From Allosphingosinicella sp. (GTDB lineage: Bacteria; Pseudomonadota; Alphaproteobacteria; Sphingomonadales; Sphingomonadaceae), in contig DASQJU010000167.1 in the NCBI GenBank assembly GCA_035630915.1, positions 1-63,246 of the forward strand: DNA of 63,246 nt, written 5' to 3'. Of the stretch, positions 37,695 to 46,596 are shown piece by piece. How positions within the stretch are numbered: position 1 is the first letter of the stretch; the number at the start of each line of letters is the position of its first letter. The position numbers were made by a program, and so were the translations under genes. The notes under the pieces were generated by a model. It saw nothing but the letters and a program-made list of their open reading frames with translations, was not told where the DNA came from and searched no databases.

Positions 37695-38473
37695 TCCCGA
37701 CGGGGTTCGCCGGCGTCGAGAACATGCTCTGGCTGTGGATGGTGGCGATGATCCGTCCCGGCGCCTGCTTCCTCGCAGCGCCGATCTTCGGCGCCGCCTT
37801 CGTCCCCGTCCAGCTCCGCCTGATCATCGCGCTCGCGATCGGCGTCCCCGCGCTCGGCGCCACCGCCTTCACCCTCCCGCCCGACGGGCTCGCCTCGGTC
37901 GCCGGCTTCATGCTGGTCGGCGGCGAGGTGATGGCCGGCCTGGCGCTCGGCTTTGCCGTCCAGATCGGCTTCTCCGCCGCTTTGGTCGCCGGTGAGGTGA
38001 TCGGCAATGCGATGGGTCTCGGCTTCGCCGCGATGATGGATCCGGCGAGCGGCCAGCAAAATCCGGTGCTCGGCCAGTTCCTGTCGATCCTCGCCACCTT
38101 CCTCTTCCTCGCCGTCGACGGCCACCTCGCGCTCGCCGCGACGATCGTCGAAAGCTATCGCGCGCTGCCGCCGGGCGATGCCTGGCTGAGCGCCGAGGCG
38201 TTGAACCACCTCGTCATGTTCGGCGGCGTGCTCTTCTCGGCCGGGCTCTCGATCGCCCTGCCGGTCGCCTTCGCCATCGTCCTTGTCCAGATCGTCATGG
38301 GCATGCTCGCCCGCTCGGCCCCGCAGCTCAACCTGTTCGCGGTCGGCTTCCCGGCGGCTTTGCTCGCCGGCATCGTCCTCCTCGCCATCGCCGCGCCGGT
38401 GCTCGGCGATGGCATCACCGCCGCGATCGACTTCGGGCTCGAGGAATCGCGCCACCTGGCGACGGGAGGCTGA
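37691..38473 (+). CDS. fliR: Export gate protein FliR
   Basis: AGEVIGNAMGLGFAAMMDP, DGHL, ARSAPQLNLFAVGFP. Start ATG 37691. Confidence 0.95.
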   Translation: MIPTGFAGVENMLWLWMVAMIRPGACFLAAPIFGAAFVPVQLRLIIALAIGVPALGATAFTLPPDGLASVAGFMLVGGEVMAGLALGFAVQIGFSAALVAGEVIGNAMGLGFAAMMDPASGQQNPVLGQFLSILATFLFLAVDGHLALAATIVESYRALPPGDAWLSAEALNHLVMFGGVLFSAGLSIALPVAFAIVLVQIVMGMLARSAPQLNLFAVGFPAALLAGIVLLAIAAPVLGDGITAAIDFGLEESRHLATGG

Positions 38474-38476
38474 GCG

Positions 38477-39616
38477 ATGTCGGACGCCGCCGATCCCGAC
38501 CAGAAAACCGAAGCCCCGACTCCCAAGCGCCGCCGCGACGCCGCGGAGAAAGGCGATGTCCTTCAGTCGCGCGAACTCGGCACTGCATTGGTCGTGCTGG
38601 TCGGCGCCGCGTGGCTCGCGTTTGCCGGCCCGATGATGGTGGACGCCTGCAGCGCGATGATCACCGACGCGCTGACATTCGACGCCGCTGACATCCGCCA
38701 GTTCGATCCGGGCATGGCGGCGCTCCGCCTGCTCGGCATCGTCGCCCTCCCCTTTCTCGGCCTGTTCGCGCTGACCATCGTCGCCGCGGTCGGCACGCCG
38801 GCGGCCCTGGGCTCGCTCGGCTTCCGTTCCGGCGCCTTCGCCTTCAAGGGCAACAAGCTCGATCCGATCGCCGGCATGAAGCGCATTTTCGGCGTCCAGG
38901 GCCTGATCGAGCTCGGCAAGTCGATCGCCAAGGTCGCTTTGCTCGGCACGGTCGGCGCCTGGCTGCTGATGAGCCAGACCCGCGGCATGATCGGCCTCAC
39001 CGCCCAGGATATCCGCCCCGCGCTTGGCGATGTCGGCAACACCTTCGTCATCGCCGTGCTGGTGATGGCCTTTGCACTCGCCATGATCGCGATGATCGAC
39101 GTTCCGGCGCAGATGTTCCAGCGTCTGAAGCGCCTTCGCATGACCAAGCAGGAGGCGAAGGAGGAGCACAAGCAGGCCGAGGGCTCGCCCGAGGTCAAGG
39201 CGCAGATCCGCCGCCGCCAGCACGAAACGGCGCGCAACTCCGCGCGCGGGGCGATCGCCGAGGCGACCCTGGTGCTGACCAACCCGACCCATTTCGCGGT
39301 CGCGCTGCGCTACCGGCCGGGCGAGGACGCCGCTCCGATCGTCGTCGCCAAGGGCCGCGGCGCCACCGCCGACGCGATCCGCGAGCTGGCGGCCGAACAT
39401 CAGGTGCCGCTGCTCAGCTACCCGCAGCTCACCCGTGCGCTCTATTACACGACCCGCGCGGGCCAGGTGATCCGTGAGGATCTCTACATGGCCGTCGCGG
39501 CCGTGCTCGCCTTCGTCTTCAACCTCGACGCCACGCTCGCCGCCACGGCCCGCCAGCCCGAGGTCGAGGTGCCGCCGTCGCTCCGCTTCGACGCGCAGGG
39601 GCGCCCCGAGGCCTAA
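38477..39616 (+). CDS. flhB: Export switch protein FlhB
   Basis: KTEAPTPKR, EGSPEVK, TNPTHFAVAL autocleavage motif. Confidence 0.96.
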   Translation: MSDAADPDQKTEAPTPKRRRDAAEKGDVLQSRELGTALVVLVGAAWLAFAGPMMVDACSAMITDALTFDAADIRQFDPGMAALRLLGIVALPFLGLFALTIVAAVGTPAALGSLGFRSGAFAFKGNKLDPIAGMKRIFGVQGLIELGKSIAKVALLGTVGAWLLMSQTRGMIGLTAQDIRPALGDVGNTFVIAVLVMAFALAMIAMIDVPAQMFQRLKRLRMTKQEAKEEHKQAEGSPEVKAQIRRRQHETARNSARGAIAEATLVLTNPTHFAVALRYRPGEDAAPIVVAKGRGATADAIRELAAEHQVPLLSYPQLTRALYYTTRAGQVIREDLYMAVAAVLAFVFNLDATLAATARQPEVEVPPSLRFDAQGRPEA

Positions 39617-39640
39617 AACACGCCGCGTCCCAGCCGTTAA
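39614..39640 (+). promoter_or_regulatory. Sigma28 promoter of the 82-aa orphan gene
   Basis: TAAA-N15-GCCGTTAA. The TAAA is the flhB stop codon plus one base. Confidence 0.7.
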
Positions 39641-39673
39641 CGAATCCCGAAGGACAAGGATCGGGATTTCTCG

Positions 39674-39922
39674 ATGGACGAGCGCGAGGCCAGACTTAGG
39701 GACACGCTCGGCGAGATCGAGCGGCTGATCGCCGACGCGCGCGAGAAAGACGACCCGGTCCAGCCCTGGCTCGAGCAGTTTGCCGTCGAGCTCAAATCCT
39801 CGCTTCCCGACCCGGCCGCGGCAGGTCCGCCGCTCGCGCGCTGGATGCGCTCCCATCCCGCAAGGGCGTTGCGGGCACAGGCCCATGTTGCGCTCAGCGC
39901 ATTGCGGATTCTCAGGGACTGA
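39674..39922 (+). CDS. Hypothetical protein (82 aa)
   Basis: Fills the flhB-fliD gap on the coding strand. AAGGA/GGGA upstream, its own sigma28-like promoter, helical composition. Confidence 0.65.
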   Translation: MDEREARLRDTLGEIERLIADAREKDDPVQPWLEQFAVELKSSLPDPAAAGPPLARWMRSHPARALRAQAHVALSALRILRD

Positions 39923-39939
39923 ATTCCGCCCTTCCGGCC

Positions 39940-39966
39940 TAAATCTTTCCGGGGATTTGCCGTTCT
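39940..39966 (+). promoter_or_regulatory. Sigma28 promoter of fliD-fliS
   Basis: TAAA-N15-GCCGTTCT. Confidence 0.75.
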
Positions 39967-39993
39967 TTTGAGAGAACGGAAGGACCTCCCGAA

Positions 39994-41583
39994 ATGACCA
40001 CTTCCATCGGTTTCGCTCTGGGCGCCGGTTCCGGCCTCGACGTCAGGGCGCTGGTTGACGATCTCGCCGCCGCGGCCAAGGCGCCGAAGGAAGCGCTGAT
40101 CGCCCAGCGCGAGAAGGCGAACGAGGCCAAGGTCTCGACCCTCGCGCAGGTCAGCGGAGCGATCGACTCCTTCGCCTCCGCGCTTTCGTCGCTGATCTCG
40201 GGCGGCACGCTCTACAGCCAGCCAAGCCTGTCCGACTCGAGCGTCTTCACCGCCACGGCGGTCGCCGGTACGCGGCTCGGCGATCTTTCCGCCGAGATCG
40301 AGGTGACGCAGCTCGCCAGGGCGCAGACCTTGTCTTCCGATCCGCTCGGCGGCGCGTCTGATCCGGTCGGTGAGGGAGATCTGATCATCGCCACCGACAC
40401 GGGCAGCTTCACCGTCACGATCACCGCCGCCAACAACAGCCTCACCGGCCTCGCCAAGGCGATCAACGACAAGGGCGCGGGCGTCACCGCCAGCGTCGTC
40501 ACGGACGCTGCAGGCGCGCGGCTCGTCGTCAAGGGCGGCATCGGCGAAGCGAAGGCATTCACCCTGTCGGTCCCGGGCGGCACGACCAGCGGCCTCGAGC
40601 GCTTCGCCTCGACCGAAATGACTCTCGCCCAGCAGGCGCAGGACGCGATCCTGTTCGTCGACGGCGTCGAGATCCACCGCGCCGCCAACAGCTTCGCGGA
40701 CCTCATCCCGGGCGTCCAGATCGACCTCAAGAGCGCGAAGCCGGGGACTCCGGTTTCCGTCGGCGTGACTCGCCCGACTGCGGCGATCGGCCAGGCGGTG
40801 CAGGACTTCGTCACCGCCTATAACGAGCTCGCGGCGATGATCGCCGAGGCGACCAAGGCGGGCGTTTCCGGTGAAGCTGGAGCGCTGCGCGGCGACGTCG
40901 GCGTGCGCGAGATGCAGCGCCAGCTCGCCCAGCTGCCGACGATGATCCTCTCCAGCACCGGCGAAGGTCCGCACACTTTGGCCGAAATCGGCGTCCGCAC
41001 CAACCGCGACGGCACGCTCTCGGTCAGCCAGACGCGCCTCCAGGACGCCCTCACGGCCGATCCGCAGGGCGTCGAGGCGCTGTTCAACCCGAGCCAGTAC
41101 AGCTCGAGCCCGCTCCTGACGATCAAGAGCGCGGTCGGCCGCGTTAAACCGGGGACCTATGCGATCACCGACGTCGTCGCCGGCGATCCGGCCACGGGCA
41201 AGGTCGATGGCGTCGCCTTTATTTCCTCGGGCCCCTATCTGGTCGCGCCGTCGGGATCGAAGGCGCTGGGCCTGATCCTCGGCGCATCCGCCAATGTCGC
41301 GAGCGCGACGATCACCATCGATCCAGGCCTTGGCGGCGCGCTGCAGGCGATCCGCGACGGCCTCCGCGCCCGCGACGGCGCGTTCGCCACGACCGGCGAG
41401 CGGCTCCACAAGGAAGCCGACCGCATCGCCGACGACCGGACCGCTCTGGAGACCCGTTCAGCCAAATATTACAATCAGTTGCTGACGACCTTCACGTCCA
41501 TGGACCGCCAGGTTTCGGCGTTCAAGGCCACCCAGTCCTACCTCGATCAGCAGATCAAGATCTGGACCGCCGACAAGAACTAA
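39994..41583 (+). CDS. fliD: Filament cap protein FliD
   Basis: LGAGSGLDVRALVDDL, VTQLARAQ, FVTAYNEL, LAEIGV, QSYLDQQ. Confidence 0.93.
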   Translation: MTTSIGFALGAGSGLDVRALVDDLAAAAKAPKEALIAQREKANEAKVSTLAQVSGAIDSFASALSSLISGGTLYSQPSLSDSSVFTATAVAGTRLGDLSAEIEVTQLARAQTLSSDPLGGASDPVGEGDLIIATDTGSFTVTITAANNSLTGLAKAINDKGAGVTASVVTDAAGARLVVKGGIGEAKAFTLSVPGGTTSGLERFASTEMTLAQQAQDAILFVDGVEIHRAANSFADLIPGVQIDLKSAKPGTPVSVGVTRPTAAIGQAVQDFVTAYNELAAMIAEATKAGVSGEAGALRGDVGVREMQRQLAQLPTMILSSTGEGPHTLAEIGVRTNRDGTLSVSQTRLQDALTADPQGVEALFNPSQYSSSPLLTIKSAVGRVKPGTYAITDVVAGDPATGKVDGVAFISSGPYLVAPSGSKALGLILGASANVASATITIDPGLGGALQAIRDGLRARDGAFATTGERLHKEADRIADDRTALETRSAKYYNQLLTTFTSMDRQVSAFKATQSYLDQQIKIWTADKN

Positions 41584-41604
41584 AGCCTATCGGGGAGCGG
41601 ACAA

Positions 41605-42009
41605 ATGTACCTTTCGAGGGGGAAATTCAGCGGCACTGCGATGGCCCGCTACCACGGCGTCGACATCGCCAGCCGGATCGAGGGCGCGACCCCGCACCAG
41701 CTCGTCCAGATCATGTACGAGGAGCTGCTCAAGTCGCTCGACGCAATGGCCTTCGCTGCCTCGCGCGGCGATTACGTCAAGCGCGGACAGCATCAGTCGA
41801 AGACGCTTGCGATCCTCACCGCGCTCGAGACCAGCCTGGACTTCGAAAAGGGCGGGGAGATCGCGAGCGGCCTTGTCACCGTCTACCGCGAGGGGCGCCG
41901 GCTGGTCGTCGCCGGCGGTCGGGAGGGGGACGCCCAGCCGCTCCTCAAGGCCCGCGAGATGCTCGGCGAGATCGCTTCCGCCTGGGAAGCGATCGGGCGG
42001 AACGGCTAG
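41605..42009 (+). CDS. fliS: Flagellin chaperone FliS
   Basis: ATPHQLVQIMYE, LDFEKGGEIA..Y, EIASAW. Confidence 0.93.
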   Translation: MYLSRGKFSGTAMARYHGVDIASRIEGATPHQLVQIMYEELLKSLDAMAFAASRGDYVKRGQHQSKTLAILTALETSLDFEKGGEIASGLVTVYREGRRLVVAGGREGDAQPLLKAREMLGEIASAWEAIGRNG

Positions 42010-43139
42010 GCGGCCTTCATCTCGTATTTGCGCATCTTCTCGATGAGGGTGGTGCGCTGGAGCGAAAGCATCCGCGCGGCGTCGGCGATGACGCCTTCGG
42101 AAAGGGTCAGCGCCTCTTCGATATAGCGCCGCTCGATCTCGGCGAGCATCTCGCGCAGCGCGACGGGCTGGCCATGGTTCATGTCGGTCTGGCCGGCGCA
42201 TGAATTTTCCGGGCGGATCGCCACGACCACGTCGGCGGACGCCTCGGGCGCGGCCACGATTTCGGTTGCGGTCCACAGCGCCTGGCGCTCGATCGCCCCG
42301 ACCCGGCCGCGCCGCAGCAGCAGCGCGCCGACCTCGTCCGCGCCGATCGTGCGGCCCCCGAACATGATGTTGGCGCGCTCGACGAAATTCCTGAGCTCGC
42401 GCACGTTGCCGGGCCAGCCATGGTCCGCCATCCGCGCATAGGCGGCGGCGTTGAAATTGACGCCAGGCCCGCGGCCGCGATTCTGCCCGAGGAAGTGCCG
42501 CACCAGCAGCGGAACGTCGCCCGCGCGCTCGGCGAGCGAAGGTATCTCGATCGGGAAGACGGCAAGGCGGTAGAACAGATCCTCGCGGAAGCTGCCCGCG
42601 TCGATCGCCGCGTCGATGTCGCGGTGGGTGGCGGCGACGATGCGCACGTCGACCTCGATCTGGCCGCGTCCGCCGACGCGCTGCACCGCGCGCTCCTCGA
42701 GCACGCGCAGCAGCTTGACCTGCATGTCGGCCGGCATGTCGCCAATCTCGTCGAGGAAGAGGGTCCCGCCATGGGCCTCCTCGAATTTGCCTTTGTGCTG
42801 GGCGTGGGCGCCGGTGAACGAGCCCTTTTCGTGGCCGAACAATTCGGATTCGAGCAATTCGCGCGGGATCGCGCCGCAATTGACCGCAACGAATGGCTTG
42901 CCGGCCCGGCGGCTCTGCGCATGAACGGCGCGGGCGACGACCTCCTTGCCGCTGCCGGACGGGCCGGTGAGCAGGACGGAGGCATCGCTCGGCGCGACCT
43001 GGCGGACGAGCCGCCTCAGGCCCACGATTGCGGGCGCGTCGCCGATGATCATGCCTTCGAGATCGGTGCCGACCAAGTCGGGGATAACAGACGCAGGCAC
43101 TGCTGCGCTCCCCGATGCGGAGTGATCCGAACTATCCAA
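42006..43139 (-). CDS. fleQ: Sigma54-dependent flagellar master activator FleQ-like (no N-terminal regulatory domain)
   Basis: GPSGSGKE, LESELFGHEKGSFTGA, WPGNVREL, and the FleQ-type tail LQRTTLIEKMRKY. Start uncertain (TTG 43139 after GGGGGA chosen). Confidence 0.82.
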   Translation of the reverse strand: MDSSDHSASGSAAVPASVIPDLVGTDLEGMIIGDAPAIVGLRRLVRQVAPSDASVLLTGPSGSGKEVVARAVHAQSRRAGKPFVAVNCGAIPRELLESELFGHEKGSFTGAHAQHKGKFEEAHGGTLFLDEIGDMPADMQVKLLRVLEERAVQRVGGRGQIEVDVRIVAATHRDIDAAIDAGSFREDLFYRLAVFPIEIPSLAERAGDVPLLVRHFLGQNRGRGPGVNFNAAAYARMADHGWPGNVRELRNFVERANIMFGGRTIGADEVGALLLRRGRVGAIERQALWTATEIVAAPEASADVVVAIRPENSCAGQTDMNHGQPVALREMLAEIERRYIEEALTLSEGVIADAARMLSLQRTTLIEKMRKYEMKAA

Positions 43140-43326
43140 TTTTCCCCCCAGGACACTCTTTTGTTGTCGTCGCCATTGGTGAAGGCAAATGGTTAACGCG
43201 GTTTTCACCAACGCTACGGGTGTAACCGCAGATATGGATTTTTTCTTTGCCCAGAACGGTTTCGCAGCCTTTACCGACTGTTAACCATCCTTAAGCAATG
43301 TCGCTCGCGTGCAAGGAGAAGGCGCG

Positions 43327-43653
43327 ATGATTGGCGAGATGAGGCACTGTCTGGCGACCGAGGGGATGAGCGGCGCGCTCGCGATGCGCATCTATCAGGC
43401 GATGACGGAGTTGGTCCGCGCGCCCGAGCCGGCGATTCCCGACAGGCTCGAGCCCTTGATCCAGTCGGCGCTCTACGACACCTGGAACAAGCGCTGCGAC
43501 CCCAAGGTCCGCGGCCGGCTCGAGACGATCTCGATCCGCATCCACCATTTGCGCGCCGCCCAGCGCGCCCGCGCGGGCGAGGAGGTCAAGGCCCACGCCT
43601 GCGCCCTCGCCGCGCTCGCCGGCGAGTGGCTGGAAGAGACCGCCGTCTCCTAA
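43327..43653 (+). CDS. Hypothetical protein (108 aa) divergent from fleQ
   Basis: AAGGAG RBS before ATG 43327 and GC-rich codon use. No family recognised. Confidence 0.6.
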   Translation: MIGEMRHCLATEGMSGALAMRIYQAMTELVRAPEPAIPDRLEPLIQSALYDTWNKRCDPKVRGRLETISIRIHHLRAAQRARAGEEVKAHACALAALAGEWLEETAVS

Positions 43654-43757
43654 TCCTGCCCGAGCCCGGATGATCGCCTCGCGATTCGCGGGTTAATCCT
43701 GATGGGCATGACGACCCGTCTGCCGACATTGTTGCGCGACCCGGAGCACAGGCGCGC

Positions 43758-44873
43758 ATGGACACGGCCTCCTACAGGATAGTGGCGACCGGCGCAGAGC
43801 GCCGGGTGGCGCTGGCCGGGGACTGGACGTCGCTGACTCTCGGCGAGCAGGCGGCGGGCCTGCGCGCCCAACTTGCGGGGCTAGGCGCCGGCCTCGGGGT
43901 CGACCTGTCCGGCCTTGGCCGGGTCGATACCGCCGGCGCCTATGCCATGTTGCGCGCCGCCCCGGCCGCGATGGGAGCGGCCGCCGCCGCGGCGCGCCCG
44001 GATCTCAGCAAGCTGTTCGATCTGGTCCGCCCGGCGGTCGAGGAGGAGGAGACGGCGGCGCGCGGGCACGGCGGGCTTCTCTACCTGTTCCACAGGATCG
44101 GCCGCGCGGTCGCCGATTTTGGTAACGAGGCCTGGGGCGCCTTCGTCTTCGGGGGGCAGGTCGTCACCGCCCTCGGCCGGGCGCTTCGCCACCCGAGCCA
44201 GATACGCTGGACGCCCCTGGTGCATGCGATGGAGTCGGCCGGCGCGAGCGCGATCCCGATCATCGTCATCATGAATTTCTTTATCGGCGCGGTGGTCGCT
44301 TTGGTCGGGACCAACCTGCTCGCCTCGCTTGGCGTCGCCGTGTTCACCGTCCAGCTCGTCGGCGTCGCCGTGCTGCGCGAATTCGGCGTCCTCATCACCG
44401 CGATCGTCCTCGCCGGCCGTTCCGCCTCGAGCTTCGCCGCCCAGATCGGCTCGATGAAGATGAATCAGGAAACCGACGCGATGCAGGTGCTCGGCGTCAA
44501 CGAGATCGACGCGCTGGTGATCCCGCGTGTCCTCGCGATGCTGATGATGATGCCGCTGCTCGTCTTCGCGGCGATGATCGCCGGCATCCTTGGCGGGCTG
44601 ATCGTCAGCTGGGCCGCGCTCGACATGAGTCCGATCTTCTTCTTCGAGAGAATGAAGGAAACCGTCTCCATCCGCCATTTCTGGATCGGGATGAGCAAGG
44701 CGCCCTGGCTGGCGGTGATGATCGCGATGGCGGGATGCCGCCACGGTCTCTCGGTCAAGGGCGACGTCGAAAGCCTCGGCACGCGGGTCACCATGGCGGT
44801 CGTGCAGGCGATCTTCGTCATCATCATGTTCGATGCGCTGTTCGCCATCATCTACATGAAGCTGAACCTGTGA
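43758..44873 (+). CDS. mlaE: MlaE-family ABC permease with N-terminal STAS-like domain
   Basis: LREFGVLITAIVLAGRSASSFAAQIGSMK..ETDAM; N-terminal DLSGLGRVDTAGA. Confidence 0.88.
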   Translation: MDTASYRIVATGAERRVALAGDWTSLTLGEQAAGLRAQLAGLGAGLGVDLSGLGRVDTAGAYAMLRAAPAAMGAAAAAARPDLSKLFDLVRPAVEEEETAARGHGGLLYLFHRIGRAVADFGNEAWGAFVFGGQVVTALGRALRHPSQIRWTPLVHAMESAGASAIPIIVIMNFFIGAVVALVGTNLLASLGVAVFTVQLVGVAVLREFGVLITAIVLAGRSASSFAAQIGSMKMNQETDAMQVLGVNEIDALVIPRVLAMLMMMPLLVFAAMIAGILGGLIVSWAALDMSPIFFFERMKETVSIRHFWIGMSKAPWLAVMIAMAGCRHGLSVKGDVESLGTRVTMAVVQAIFVIIMFDALFAIIYMKLNL

Positions 44874-45664
44874 CCGCCGCGGCCGCCGCTCCCGCCCCCA
44901 TCCGCGTGTCCGGCCTGCGCAGCGCGTTCGGCGATCATGTCGTCCACGACGATCTCGACCTTGAGGTCCGCCGCGGCGAGATCCTCGGCGTCGTCGGCGG
45001 CTCGGGAACCGGCAAGTCGGTGCTGCTCAACACCATCCTCGGGCTCAGGAGCCCGGACGGCGGGCGCGTCGAGCTGTTCGGCAAGGACGTGCACGATCCC
45101 GCCGCGGAGGCCGGGATCGAGCGGCGCGCCGGCGTCATGTTCCAGAGCGGTGCGCTCTTCTCCTCGCTCAGCGTCGGCCAGAATGTCGAGGCGCCGCTCC
45201 ATGAGCATACCGATCTGCCCGATTCGTTCGTCTCCGAGCTGGCGCGGCTGAAGATCCGGATGGTCGGGCTCCACAGCCGTGTCGCAGATCAGAAGCCCTC
45301 CGAGCTTTCCGGCGGCATGCGCAAGCGCGCCAGCATCGCGCGCGCGCTCGCCCTCGATCCCGACCTCCTGTTCCTCGACGAGCCGACCGCCGGGCTGGAC
45401 CCGATCGGCGCGGCGGAATTCGATCAGCTGATCCGAGGCCTGTGCGACTCCCTCGGCCTCACGGTCTTCCTGATCACGCACGATATGGACACGCTCTACA
45501 CGATCACCGACCGGATCGCGGTCCTGGCCGACCGCAAGGTGATCGCGACTGCCCCGGTCGCCGAGCTCGAGCGATCCGAACATCCATGGATCCACGCTTA
45601 TTTCCAGGGGCCGCGGGGACGCGCCGCGCAGGTCGCCCAGGGCGGCAGGGAGGCGACCGACTGA
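44870..45664 (+). CDS. mlaF: MlaF-family ABC ATPase
   Basis: GGSGTGKS, FQSGALFSSL, ELSGGMRKR, LDEPTAGLDP. GTG start overlaps the mlaE stop. Confidence 0.9.
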   Translation: MTAAAAAPAPIRVSGLRSAFGDHVVHDDLDLEVRRGEILGVVGGSGTGKSVLLNTILGLRSPDGGRVELFGKDVHDPAAEAGIERRAGVMFQSGALFSSLSVGQNVEAPLHEHTDLPDSFVSELARLKIRMVGLHSRVADQKPSELSGGMRKRASIARALALDPDLLFLDEPTAGLDPIGAAEFDQLIRGLCDSLGLTVFLITHDMDTLYTITDRIAVLADRKVIATAPVAELERSEHPWIHAYFQGPRGRAAQVAQGGREATD

Positions 45665-46596
45665 TGGAACGTGAAGCCAATTTCGCCTTGGTGGGGCTCG
45701 TCAGCGTCGTGCTCGTGATCGGCGCGCTGATCTTCGTCGTCTGGCTCGCCCAATTCCAGTTCAACCAGAAATATGACGAATATCGGATCAATTTCCGCGG
45801 GCCCGTCAGCGGCCTCAGCCGGGGCGGCGAAGTCCAGTTCAACGGAATCAAGGTCGGCGAGATCACCCGGATCGAGCTCGACCCGCGCGACCCCAACCAC
45901 GTCCAGACCGACATACGGATCGAGCACGGCACACCGGTCCGGGTGGATTCCAGCGCGCAAACCGCCGCGCTCGGCATCACCGGCGTCAAATATGTCCAGA
46001 TCAACCCTGGGACGCCGAGCCGCCCGCTCCTGCGCGAGGCCAGCCGCGACCGGCGGCCGGTGATCCCCGCCAGGCAAAGCCAACTCGCCGCCGTGGTCGA
46101 GAACGCCTCGCAACTGTTCGAGGACGGCGCCCAGGCGCTGACCCGGGTCAACCGGCTGCTCTCCGACGGCAACATCGCCAACATCTCGCGCACCTTCGAC
46201 GACGTCGCCGCGGTCTCGGGCGAGTTGCGCGCGCGGCGGCAGATGTTCGCCAACATCGAATCGACCTTCGCCCGGCTCGACCGCGCAGCGGCCGAGCTCC
46301 AGGCGACGGCGGCCACGGTTCGCGGCGGGCTCGGCGGGCGCGGCGGCGTCCTGGCGCAGATCACCACGAGCGTCGCGGAGCTCAACCGCGCCGTCGCCGA
46401 CACCCGCACGCTGATCGGCCGGGTCAACGGCTCGGTCGACGACGTCTCCGGCACGACCATCCCCGAGCTCAACGCCTCGCTCGCCGCGGTCCAGCGCGCC
46501 GCGGATTCGCTCGGCGAGCTCACGGCAGACATCCGCCGCGATCCGCGCGGAACGCTGGGCCGGCCATCGGGCCGCGAAGTGGAGATACCGCGATGA
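45664..46596 (+). CDS. mlaD: MlaD/MCE-family protein with helical tail
   Basis: MEREANFALVG followed by a TM segment, VSGLSRGGEVQFNGIKVGEI, GITGVKYV. Confidence 0.88.
   Translation: MEREANFALVGLVSVVLVIGALIFVVWLAQFQFNQKYDEYRINFRGPVSGLSRGGEVQFNGIKVGEITRIELDPRDPNHVQTDIRIEHGTPVRVDSSAQTAALGITGVKYVQINPGTPSRPLLREASRDRRPVIPARQSQLAAVVENASQLFEDGAQALTRVNRLLSDGNIANISRTFDDVAAVSGELRARRQMFANIESTFARLDRAAAELQATAATVRGGLGGRGGVLAQITTSVAELNRAVADTRTLIGRVNGSVDDVSGTTIPELNASLAAVQRAADSLGELTADIRRDPRGTLGRPSGREVEIPR

Noticed and set aside
27776-39616. Export genes as a virulence type III secretion system
   Set aside because: Rod, hook, ring, flagellin, cap and stator genes are all present, so this is a flagellum.
37436-39886. 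816-aa minus-strand ORF
   Set aside because: Antisense shadow of fliQ, fliR and flhB.
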